Below, in pieces: positions 1 to 10,984 of a DNA stretch of 54,144 nucleotides. The position numbers and the translations under genes were made by a program. How positions within the stretch are numbered: the stretch's first letter is position 1; each line of letters opens with the position of its first letter. The notes under the pieces are model-generated. The model did not search any database. It was not told the origin of the DNA and worked only from the letters and a program-made list of their open reading frames with translations. This stretch comes from Chiloscyllium plagiosum (Eukaryota): positions 2,738,996 to 2,793,139 of the forward strand of contig NC_057718.1 in the NCBI RefSeq assembly GCF_004010195.1. Direction: 5' to 3'.

Positions 1-384
1 ATCAAAATGACCTGAAGAGATATGACTGTCACATGGGGAAATACGTGGAAATAAGCTGGGAAGTATGAACTTAATTATGCATGATGTAGATATAGGAGAT
101 ACTGTTTCAATTAAGCAACATCCAGGTTGGCATAACTCTCTAAACTTGGCACAGGTTGAAAAAGAGATTGAACGCATGCTCCAAGATGACATAATCGAAG
201 TGAGTTACAATGATTGGAGCTCACCCATGGTAATGTGCCAAAACTAGATGGTACCCATCGGATTTGTGTGGACTATTGCAAGGTCAATGCACTTACAAAG
301 ACTGATGCATATCTGATTTCATGCTTGGAAGACCATGTTGAGAAGGTGGGAAAAGCAGTTTATATATCTAAGTTGGACTTGCTC

Positions 385-620
385 GGAGGAGCTGAAAAAT
401 GTGTTGCTGGAAAAGCGCAGCAGGTCAGGCAGCAACCAAGAAGCTGGAGAATCGACGTTTCAGGCATAAGCCCTTCTTCAGGAATGAAGGGATTCCTGAA
501 GAAGGGCTTATGCCCGAAACGTCAATTCTCCTGCTCCTTGGATGCTGCCTGACCTGCTGCACTTTTCCAGCAACACATTTTCAGCTCTGATCTCCATCAT
601 CTGCCGTCCTCACTTTCTCA
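385..620. mobile_element. Palindromic Penelope-type terminal-repeat insertion with hammerhead motif, inserted in Gypsy RT
   Basis: Inverted arms of about 95 bp flank gaaggg. TTGCTC at 379-384 and 621-626 is a target duplication that splits LDLL|RGYWQ. Confidence 0.85.
496..524 (+). ncRNA. Minimal type I hammerhead ribozyme motif (Penelope-associated)
   Basis: CTGAAGA-a-gggc-ttat-gccc-GAAA-C-GTC: both conserved core boxes, stem II and the cleavage triplet are present. Confidence 0.7.
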
Positions 621-2949
621 TTGCTCAGAGGATATTGGCAGGTACTTTTGTCAGAAGGAGCAAAGGCAATTTTGGCTTTCATAATGTCAAATGCACTGTA
701 TCTGTTTAAAGTCATGCCACTTGGTATGAAAAATGCGCCAGCCACATTTCAGAGACTAACCAATAAGTTCATTGCCCCATTACCCAATTGTGTCAGAGAT
801 GACCTGGTGATTTTTAGTCACATCTGGAAGAAACATTTGCAACATTTATCAAACTTGATCGATCGACTTCAGTAGGCTGGTTTGGTGAGAAACATGGCTG
901 TGAGTGAATTTGTCAAAGGCCAAATCACCTTCTGGGCCATGTTATTGGACATGGACAAATAGCCCCACGGAATGCAAAAACAATGGGAATTGGAGAGTTT
1001 CCCACACTATCGACAAAAAGAGCAGTACTACAATTCATGGGATTTAGTAGATTTTATCGAAAATGCGTACAAAAGTTTAGCAGTGTGGCCACTCCACCAA
1101 CTGAATTGCTAAAGAAAGACAAGAAGTTTCAGTGGCCAGCAGACTGTCAGAAGGCATTTGACAGCCTGAAAGCTGTGCTAACCACTGCCCCAGTATTAGC
1201 TTCACCCAATTACCCAAAGCCATTCAAGATGGCTATGGATGAAAGTGATGTGGGTGTCAGTGCTGTGCTTTTGCAGGAAGATTACTCGAAGCTAAAAAAG
1301 ACCTGTTGGGTATTTCTCCAGGAAATTGAGCATTCATCAGCAGAAATATTTAACAGTTGAAAAAGAGACTTTGAGCTTGACGTTGGCTTTACAACATTTC
1401 ATTGTTCGTGTTACCGGAAACATCGAAGACAATTATATACACTGAACATAACCCATTGAAGTTTGTGGAGAAATTTAAGGATAAAAAATCCAGGTTGTTT
1501 AGATGGAGCTTGTTGTTACAGACATTAAGTTTGAAAATTGTGCATATGGCAGGTCAAGAAAATGTGACTGCCAATGCATTGTCGAGACTCGAATGAGAAA
1601 CTGAGGCATTCAGTGGCAGGAGTAATCAGTCTGAAACAGAATGTAATGGATCACGTTTGTATGATTATTGTTAATGTAATATATTATGTGTGTGTAATGG
1701 AGTACTAACAGTTCAGGACTAAGGGTTTCTAAAGTGAAGCCCTCTTTGGAGACTGATGGTTCACTTTTTTTAAGGAGAGAGGTGTGATACATAGCTTCCC
1801 TGGTTTGGTTTGGTTTTGGCAGGCTGGCTATTCACTGAAAGCAGTCAAGCAATTGTAAAACCTCCTGGACTTAAAGAAACAGGTCTATGCTGATCCTGTC
1901 TCTGACTTTTCTCCTGTAAGACACTGTGTTTCATTTTACATTTTGTGCCAAGAGGTGTTTTTGATGATTGTTTCAAATATTTGGAACAGCATCATTAAGT
2001 TGGGACGATCTGCTGGTTTTCAGATTCATTAAGTTATTCTGTATTCTGTTCTCTTTTGTTTGTGTTCCACTCAGAATCTTGTAAATAAATTTTATTTTGT
2101 TTAAAACTAGGTGATTCGATCAACTGCATCCCTTCTGCAATATCCATGTTATACCTGCTCAAAACAACAGTAAATTTAGAGTCTGAGCCACTTTCTTGAA
2201 ATGTTTTGAGGGGGTCTGACTTGGTCCATAGCAAACAGAAACTCAAACATTCCTGTTCTTTTTTATCTTCTTTTATTCTTTTTTGTTTTTTTTCTTTTAC
2301 TCCTGTTTATTTTTTTCTCTCCCACACTACCGCCTAACTGCGGTAGTGGTTAAATCAAAATAGAGTTGGAGGGGGAAATAATGCACTCCACTCCCTGCGG
2401 CGCCCACCTCTCCCTGAACAACTCCAGGGTGTTACACTTCTGTTCTTATCTGTCAGCCAGGGCTCCCTGATTGGACCAGGTTAACAGCCCCAGTCAGGGA
2501 ACTCATGTTCTATGATGTTCACCTGGCTAACTTCATTACAGTCATTGCAAAGAAACAATGATATATTCCCAAGATAGGATGATAAATGTTTGGAGAGGAC
2601 CTTGCAGGGGGTAGTGTTCCCATGTATCTGCTGCTCTTGTCCTTCCAGATAGAAGTGAACCGGAGTTTTGAACAAGCTGCAGAAAAAAAATGGCATGTCC
2701 AAAATATGATCAGAGTCTGACGAGAGTTGAGAAATATTATTAAACACACTGTCTATTTAATTGCTTTTGTTTATGTTGATGGATTTTTTTATAAGCTGAA
2801 TCAGTCATAGATACATCCCAATTGTTTACTGTAACAATGTGGTCTGCCTGTTTAACTCAAAACTTCTACTACTTTTTCAGATCTTTCATTATGGCAGTAC
2901 AGAGAATCCACTCTTGTGGGAATAAATCTTGTTATCTTCTTCTTTAAAG

Positions 2950-3294
2950 GCATCACTAGTCCAGTTCTTCTCCTATCTCCCAGCCTGGAACGTGTCACTG
3001 AGGGTCACACTACCCGGTTACAGTGCACCATGAGGAACGCCGCAGTGACACATATCGATGTTCACTGGTACCAACTGTCCCCAGAGCAAATTATGGAGCG
3101 GGTTTTAACACATCCAGGAAATGGCTCCATACAATGGACCCCAGGATTCATGCAGCGATTCCAGCCTTCCAGAGACTCCTCCAGTAACAGCTTCACTCTG
3201 ACTATCACAAACGTGCAGCCCAGTGATACTGGGGTCTATTACTGCTCAGTGTTAGAAAACATCCATAGGACAGGAAGCCAGCTCAATATCACTA
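2950..3294 (+). CDS. V1: single-exon VJ-type Ig V domain; open frame, splice donor mutated
   Basis: Acceptor ttcttctttaaAG. Translation ITSPVLLLSPSLERVTEGHTTRLQC...VHWYQ...RFQPSRDSSSNSFTLTITNVQPSDTGVYYCSVLENIHRTGSQLNIT has both Cys, the Trp and DxGxYYC. The donor position reads GAAATT where paralogues have GTAAGT. Confidence 0.85.
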
Positions 3295-3569
3295 GAAATT
3301 ATAGTTTACATGATAATCTCCTCCAGCAATTACCTCTTGCCCAATGAATGAAGTTGAGATCAGTTTGTGATCAAGAAGATTGAGGAGGTGATGGAGAGTG
3401 ATCTTGGGGATAGATTCTCTGTGGTGAGGAAGCTGAGCTCAAGTTCAGTAATTTATTTAATTGTTTTGTAAGGTGCAGTTGTCACTGGCTGGGCCAGCAT
3501 TTATTGCCCACCATTAATTGCCCTTGAGAATATGGTGCTGAGCTACCTTCTTGAACCACTGCAGTGACC

Positions 3570-3970
3570 CATTGATTGCCATTCCTGGGTTTAGGTCGGG
3601 CTCCTACACAATCTATTAAGACCCTGCTAAACGGTTCTTCAAAAGCTGTGATCAGAATTAATGGAGCTTTCATTGAGAGTTGAGGATTCCCCAAGTCCTG
3701 ACTTGGACGAGCTTGTTTGGTAAAATTTAATACCTTTACAGAACCCTGACCAATAGAAATTCTCTGACTGCGTTTCTCATCTGTAAGTGACCTGCCACTG
3801 GAATTTGATGAGCTAGTTTGTAAAATTTCATTCTGGTCCTCAGAAGGAGTGACCACCTGATGGACCACTATCCATTGCTCATCGCCTGGTACTTGGGATG
3901 GACATTAGTTCCTCATTAATACTTTATCTTTCAAACAATAACACTCAGAGACTGTTTCTCATTCCAGTTC
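3570..3970 (-). mobile_element. Gypsy integrase fragment
   Basis: KAPLILITAFEEPFSRVLIDCVGARPKPRNGNQ resembles the start of the integrase core of vertebrate Gypsy elements. Confidence 0.75.
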
Positions 3971-4472
3971 TGAAGATAAAAACAGAAATAGCTGGAAAAT
4001 CTCAACAAATCTGGCAGCATCTATGCAGATAAATCAGAATTTTTATTATGCGTCCAGTGACACTTGTATAGAACTAATGGCAACAAGGAAAATGATGGTT
4101 TTTATTCAGAAAATGGGGTGTGGAGGAGGGTGAGGATGAATGATAGATGGAGATAGAGCCCAGTGTGAGAGAAAAACTGTTGGACATACAAAACAGTGGG
4201 TAATGGTCTGTCTGGGGGAGTGAGCAGCTGCTGACGGGGGCAGTTAGTGGCTGACAATGGGTATTATGTGGTAGCTGACTGTGTAATGATCAGGCCTGGT
4301 GTGTGGGGGAGGGGGAAAGCAAGGGGAAAGTGCTCAGTCTCTAAAATTGTTGAACTCAATATTAATTCCAGAAGGCTGCAGGATAACCAAGTGAAAAATG
4401 AGGTGCTGTTGTTCCAGCTTGCTCTGAGATTTACAAGAGAATTGCAGCAAGACTGAGACAGAGATATTGGCC

Positions 4473-4796
4473 AGGGAACACAATGGTGTGTTGGAGTAGC
4501 AAGTAACTGGGAGGTTCAGCCCTTTTTTGCGGACAGAATGCAGGTATTCTGCAAATGGGTCACGCAGACTGTGTTTCATTTCCTAAATGAAGAGAACCCC
4601 ACATTGTGAGCAGCAAATACAGTTTGTCTCATCAAGGGAACACAATGGTGTGTTGGAGTAGCAAGTAACTGGGAGGTTCAGCCCTTTTTTGCGGACAGAA
4701 TGCAGGTATTCTGCAAATGGGTCACCCAGACTGTGTTTCATTTCCTAAATGAAGAGAACCCCACATTGTGAGCAGCAAACACAGTTTGTCTCATCA
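4473..4796. repeat. Direct tandem duplication, 2 x 162 bp
   Basis: agggaacacaatgg...gtttgtctcatca starts at 4473 and again at 4635; the copies are near-identical. Confidence 0.9.
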
Positions 4797-4799
4797 CAG

Positions 4800-5150
4800 A
4801 ATACTCAGAGGCCTGGATAGAGTGGATGTGGAGAAGATGTTTGTCGGAGAGAGTAGGATCTGGGGCACAGCCTTACAGTGAAAGGATGATCAATTACAGC
4901 TGAGATGAAGAGGAATTTCAGTCAAGAGGTGGTAAATCTATGGAACTCATTGCTGCAGAGAGCTGTAGAGACCAAGTCATTGAGCATATTTAAGACAGAG
5001 ATAGATAGGTTCTTATGAGCAAATGGATCAAGGGTTATGGGGAGAGAGAAGGAGAATGGGATTGAAACATATCAGCCATGATCGAATGGCAGAGCAGACC
5101 TGATGGGCTGAATGGCCTGATTCTGCTCCTATATCCTATGGCCTTATGAT
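4800..5150 (+). mobile_element. CR1 LINE 3' end
   Basis: Typical CR1 ORF2 C-terminal and 3'UTR sequence (gagatgaagaggaat..., tgggctgaatggcct...tatg tail). Confidence 0.75.
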
Positions 5151-5294
5151 CTATAGTGTCATGGTTAGTTTGAATAATTAACCCCACTGTCCATTCTGAC
5201 ACACTTCCTATCTGTCCTTTCTCATTAACTCTAAATTGGAGTTCTTCAGAAAGTTCAGATGAGTTTTAATTTATTCAAACGTTTTCTCTGAAAG

Positions 5295-5636
5295 GTGTAA
5301 GTGTCCCAGTCCTTCACCGATCTCCAATCTGGAACGTGTCACCGAGGGTCACACTGCCCGGTTACAGTGCACCATGAGGAACGCCACAGTGACAAACACC
5401 AACATTCATTGTGACCGTGAGAAGCCAAAAATAAGAAGGAGTGGGTTTTAACACGTGACATGAGGAACATCATACAATGGAGCTCAGGATTCACTGAGTG
5501 CTTCCAATCTTCTAGAGACCCCTCCAATAACAGCTTCATCCTGACCATCTTGAACATACAGCCCAGTGACACTGGGGTCAATACTGTAATGTGTGGGCAG
5601 ATATCAGTGGGAACGGAACCCAGCTAACTGTAACAT
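5295..5636 (+). pseudogene. V2: VJ-type V pseudo-exon
   Basis: Acceptor ttttctctgaaAG; homologous to V1. It has frameshifts, the conserved Trp codon is lost, and it ends YCNVWADISGNGTQLTVT with a degenerate donor. Confidence 0.85.
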
Positions 5637-6044
5637 GTGTCATGGAAATTAACTCGACTCACCTCAAATGCTAGCAAGAGCAAAGAAAAATTTTATTACA
5701 GGCCTTTGCAAAGGGACCCTCTGCACTTGACAAAATGCCTTATACAACGGGCACTTGAACATAATTTAGATACTCGTCTTATACTGTTTCTTATCACACT
5801 CTCAATGGCAAAGACTGGGAAAATTCAAGTTGTTATTTCTCATCCCCTGTTATTGGACATGACAGTTCTTCAGCTTTCACTGAATTTGACTATTGCAAGG
5901 TCAAGTTGAATGTTTACAAAGTTCAAACAGGGACAAGCTGGCTGCAAACTTCATCAAAGTATTGTTGACAAAGCACAGCATTAAATTTTAGAAAAACATT
6001 CTCTTTTAAATTTCACAGTAAATGTAAAATGTATTCATTTTCCA

Positions 6045-7630
6045 TTACATGTTTCCCCTTTTTGTCATTTTATGACAACAAGGACAACAACCAAAAAAAA
6101 GCCAGATTTTTAAAAAAAATACAGAGCCAGATAACTGAAAATCAGTGATCTTAACAGATCTCTGTGTTGTAAGGAGCACTTGAAATGGTCCCAGCCACCT
6201 TTTCACCTTCCAGTCTTTCCTCCTGAAGTCTTTCACCACTATCCAGTCTCCAGGTTCTAGATCATGCAGCTTCCCTCCTGCTGGTTGGGGTAATGCTGCT
6301 TTCACTTGATTCTGTATTTGAGATAAAAGTGTAGAGAGTTTTATACAGTAACACAACATCTCATCCTCACAGTGGTCTGTTATCTGTCTTCCCTTAGGTC
6401 TTGGGCCAATTCCTGTGTTGGGCGGCCTACCAAACAAAATCCCAAACGGGCTAAGATTAGCTCTTCCTCTCCTTCTAGATCTCATATACATCACCACAAT
6501 CGAAAGTGCCTTTGTCCATGCCACACCTAGTTCCTCACAACATTTTGTCAATTTAATTTTTTTTTTAGGGTAGCAATTTTCTCTTTCCACTGCCCCACCA
6601 CTCGCTGGATGGTAGGCACAGTGCTATCTCATGTTTATCCTAAATAATCACTGATCTGTGCAGGGCATTATTGATATATGGTGCCCCATTGTCACTACTG
6701 AGATGCCCCATTTTGGGATTTTTTCAGTTAGCAAAGCCTTGGCTACTGCACAGGCGTCCTGTTTAGACATGGGGATCACTTCCACACATTTGGAAAATAT
6801 ATCAATTATTACTAGACAATACCCTTTCCCTTCGCTAGGTGTTATTTCAATAAAATCAATCTGTAAATGATAAAAGGGTCTTTGGGGTTGGGGGTGTGTT
6901 GCCTGACTCATCTGTATTCCCCTTCCCACATTAATAGTGGCACAGATAATACATCATTCACAATACTTCTGGGAGTAATGAGTAAATCCCATAGTGTACC
7001 AGTCTGCTGAAATGCTTCAGTACTCCCCCCTTTTGACACATGGTCCTTATCGTGTGTCAGTTTGGCATAGAATGGAAGTAATGATCGTGGTAGACAGAGT
7101 TTACCATTGGGGCCACACCATACTCCTTCCCTCACACTGCATCCTGCTTCCGTCCACTCACGCTTTTCTTCTGGCGAGGCCTGTGACTGTAACTCCTGTA
7201 CATCTGCTGTTGGGGATACAAATTTTTGTCATACACATGTCAATCTGCTCACTTGGCAGCTGCTGGGCTGCCATTCCTGCTGCTGAATCTGACCACACAT
7301 TAGAATAATTATTTTTTGTGTGGGCTTCACATTTACACATCGAAATTGATTTCGGCAACAGGACCACTTCCAGGAGATCAGAAATCATGCCACGGTATAT
7401 GATGGGCTTTCTGGTAGAGGTTAAGAAGCCCCTGTGTTTCCACTGGGTTCCAAAATCATGTACAACCCTGCATGCATATCTGCTATTGGTGTAAATATTC
7501 ACTGTCCTTCCCTCAGCCAATGTACATGCCTCAGTCAAGGCAATAAACTCCGCTGCTTGTGCTGACAGATGAGAAGAGAGTGATCCCACTTTGACTACTT
7601 CATGGGTAGTCACTACAGCATATTCAACAC
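6045..7630 (-). mobile_element. Endogenous retrovirus (class I-like) pol remnant: RNase H + integrase
   Basis: RNase H: SAQAAEFIALTEAC...VNIYTNSRYA. Integrase: QIDFIEI...YCLVIIDIFSKCVEV, SPFGILFGRP, WLGPFQVLLTT. Frameshifted. Confidence 0.85.
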
Positions 7631-9331
7631 AGATAAATCCTGTTTACCTGAAAATAATCTGATACAGTAACCATTTCCACATGGATTTATTGGAGAGGAG
7701 AATGGGGGTAAAGAGTAAGCAGAGAGCTCAATATAAACATAGAACAATTCTCGGCTTTTACTCACAGATAGAATAAACTGCTTCTCCTCTTGGACCAGTT
7801 CCTCAATCTCAAACTCTTTAGAGTCTCTCTGTCTTTCCGCTTCTCTATCTCATTTGCTCTCAGTGCTGTATTTAACATTCTCCTGTCTCTGTCTGGTTTT
7901 GTTTTGTTCATTCTTGGGACATGGCCATCACTGGCCTGGCTGGTACTTGTTGTCCATCTCGAATGTCCCTTGAGAAGAAATGTCTTCTCTGCCATTGGAC
8001 ACAGCTGAGGCCAAAACATTGAAAGTCTTCAAGGATATACTTCTGAGAGGTAAAGGTTCAAAGGGTAAGGGAAGAACATGGGAACAATAGACTGAGTTGG
8101 ATGATCAGCCATGATTATGTTGAAATGCGGTATCCCTGTAATAGTCAACCCCATAAATTTAAACTTAAAAAGTAGTCAAAAAATGTAACTATTATTTGAG
8201 TATATCCGGTATGTGTAGACCTACATGCACTTTACAGTACTGGGCACTGGGATACAGTACGACAGCGCCATTCTACTGTGGCAGGCAGAATGGAGACAGT
8301 TATTTTGTTGATAAATATTCATTAATGGCCATAATTATTTTTTTTCCTTTATTTCATAAAGAAACCTGGTCATTAGTTGTCCATTTTTTGACTCATATTA
8401 AGCATGAATTGCATCCCCTCAAACACAATACTCATCTAAAAGTCGACCACCTATTTTCAGCTTAAAAAAAACTTAAATATTTTACCTTTATAACCACAAG
8501 TTATATACGGTATTTCTAAGTAAGGAGGGGAACCTGAAAGAGATGCTGTCCCATGTACCTGCTGCCTTTGTCCTTACAGATGGAGAGGCTGTGGGTTCAG
8601 AAGCTGCTGTTGGAGGAGTTTTGGTGAGTTACAGAATGGAATCTTGCTGATGGTACCCACTGTACATCAGTGTAAAAGGGAGTGAATGTTGAAGGTGCTG
8701 CCAATCAGGTGGGCTGCTTTCTTCTGGATGGCATGAAGCTTCTTGAGTGTTGTTGGAGCTGCACCCATCCAGGCAAGTTGTTCCATCATCCTCCTGATTT
8801 CTACTTTGTCGATAGATGGAAGGCAGGCTGTGGGAGGCAGAGTATGAGCTACTCATCTCGACTTGCTCTTGTAGCCACAGTATTTATTACACCGCTCCAG
8901 TTAACGGACAGGTTGGTGTGGACGCCCAGGTTGTGGTTCATCAGAGAATTGTCTCCCATTTTTCTGAGGGGATGTGGGCATCACTGACAAGGCCAGCATT
9001 TGTTCTTCATCCCTTATTGCCCTCAAACTGTGTCACTTCACTGTTTATTCCAGATGGCAGTAAGAACAATCACATCTCTGTGATTCACATGTTGGCCAGA
9101 CCAGATAAGGATGGTAGATTTCCTTCCCTGAAGGACATTAGTGAACCAGATGGGTTTTACAAGAATTGATGGGAACATCAGTGATATGTTTCCAGCTCTA
9201 AGTTAGCCTGGAATTGTTGTGTATGATTGTGTTATGAGTCATTTGTGAGCAAATTGAATAAAGAAGCAAACAGTTGGTGGCTTGCTTGGAGATGCTGTTG
9301 TCCATGAGAGGTCTGGGTGGTATAAGGGATC

Positions 9332-9360
9332 CTGATGAAGGGCTTTTGCCCGAAACGTCG
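9332..9360 (+). ncRNA. Minimal hammerhead ribozyme motif in a solo Penelope terminal repeat
   Basis: CTGATGA-a-gggc-tttt-gccc-GAAA-C-GTC, core intact. Confidence 0.7.
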
Positions 9361-9819
9361 ATTTTGCTGCTCGTCGGATGCTGCCTGAATTGCTGTGCTC
9401 TTCCAGCACCACTGATCCAGAATCCATGACTCTGTAATTGTCTAACGCTATGTTCACGTAGTGAAGGGTTCGGTGCCAAGGCTGCACACAGGACCTCAAC
9501 ATTACTCCATCAACCTGTATTTATCTTTCATTTGATAGTTTAACAGAATACAAAGCGATCAGTTTGTTCAAAACTTGTTGTATTCCGTCGACATTCACTC
9601 TCCTGAGTCAGTTCCACATTAAAACTGGATCTCTTTCTCAACATCATTTAAACTAAAGGTTAAACTGGGCTCCAGTGCAACTCTTGCAGCTCCTGTTCTG
9701 CTCAATGACACTCCCATCTCCACCTCCGATGTCCTTGTTCTGAGCTGAACCCTTCCTCACCCCCACACTGGTTACTCCCTTTCTTATGACCCTTTCTTAG
9801 TCCAAGAGACACAGAGAGA

Positions 9820-10225
9820 GGAACATAGGTACAGGAGTACACCATTCCGCCCATCATGCCTGCTCCACCATTCAATTAAACGATGGATGATCTGATATTA
9901 ATCTCAACTCTACATTCCTATATATCCCTGTTCACCTTTCACCCCCCGAGTCATCAAGAATCTTCCTCCCTCGGCCTTAAAAACATTTCAAGATTCTGCA
10001 TCCACTGCCTTTTGATGAAGAGAATTCCAAAGACTCACAACCCACTGAGAAAAAGCATTTCCTCATCTCTGTCTTCAACGTGCACTCCCTTATTTTTAAA
10101 GTCTGCCCCCTAGTTCTAGATTCTCCCTGAAGAGGAACTATCCTTGCCACTTCCACCCGGTTAAGTCCCCTCAGGATTTTACAGGTTTCAATGAAGGCCC
10201 TTCTGAGTCTAATGGGATCCAGAGT
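9820..10225 (-). mobile_element. CR1 LINE 3' end directly upstream of truncated V3
   Basis: Translates RLRRAFIETCKILRGLNRVEV...GESRTRGQTLKIR (CR1 ORF2 C-terminus). Confidence 0.8.
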
Positions 10226-10272
10226 GAACACATCTGGAGGAAGGGTTTGCAGCTCGAGGAAGTTTGGAATGA

Positions 10273-10558
10273 ATTGAGGAGCTGGAGTGTGCCATGTACA
10301 ATGCCAGTGTGATTGACACTGATGTCCACTGGCACTACCAGCGACCTGGCAGCAACAGGGAGTGGGTGATAAGCCAATTTGTGAATGGCACCCTCACCAA
10401 GGCCCAGGGTTTCCACGATCGGGTTCAGCTTTCCAGGAATGTCAGCAGGAACAGTTACATTCTGAGCCTTGTGAATGTGACTCTCAATGATGCTGCTGTG
10501 TACAGCTGCAGTGTGTGGAGCTACATCTATGGAGCAGGGAGCCAGCCCAATGTAACTG
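10273..10558 (+). pseudogene. V3: second-subtype VJ-type V exon, 5'-truncated, glycosylation-rich
   Basis: ELECAMYNASVIDTDVHWHYQRPG...DAAVYSCSVWSYIYGAGSQPNVT followed by an intact phase-1 donor GTAAGT at 10559. The A strand and acceptor are missing, and there is an in-frame TGA at 10270-10272. Confidence 0.85.
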
Positions 10559-10984
10559 GTAAGTCAATGGGAGGGAACACTGGTGTGACCAGGGGAGGGA
10601 GCACCTGGCTGCTGTGCTTCATCAGTGGAAGGGCAGAATGGCCATCAAGACCAGGTTGGATGGGGAGAGGCTTGGGGGGGGGGGGAATTTACACAGTGTT
10701 GTGCCCCCATGTAGCTGCTTCCCTTGTCCTTCTAGATGGAGGAGATCGTGGATTTGGAAGGTGTGCCTGAGGATCTCTGATGAATGTCTGCAGTATATCG
10801 TGTAGATAGTGCACAGCAGGGAGTCAGTGGTGGAGGGAGTAGATGGTTGTGGATGTGTTGACAGTCAAGTGGGCTGCTTTATCCTGGATGGTGTAAAGCT
10901 TCTTAAGTGTTGTTGGAGCTGCACCTATCCAGGCAAGTGGGGAATATTCCATCACACTCCGAACTTGTGCTTTGTAGGTAGTGG

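Larger units (their letters stand above)
1..1596 (+). mobile_element. Degraded Gypsy/Ty3 LTR-retrotransposon pol (RT + RNase H)
   Basis: Fragmented ORFs carry the motifs WSSP, RICVDY, SKLDLL-RGYWQV, MPLGMKNAPATFQR, TTAPVLASP, DESDVGVSAVLLQ and RWSLLLQ...NVTANALSR. Frameshifts and stops throughout. Confidence 0.9.

Noticed and set aside
3245-3251. CTCAGTG immediately after the YYC codons (also in V4 and V7), resembling an RSS heptamer
   Set aside because: It lacks the essential CAC, has no nonamer at 12/23 spacing, and is simply Cys-Ser-Val coding sequence continuing into the J-like strand.
2950-3294. Calling the V exons IgL, TCR, VpreB, CD8, CD79 or NKp30
   Set aside because: No C1 exon or RSS is seen, and the TM and tail do not match the motifs I know for these genes. 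No symbol can be supported without a search.
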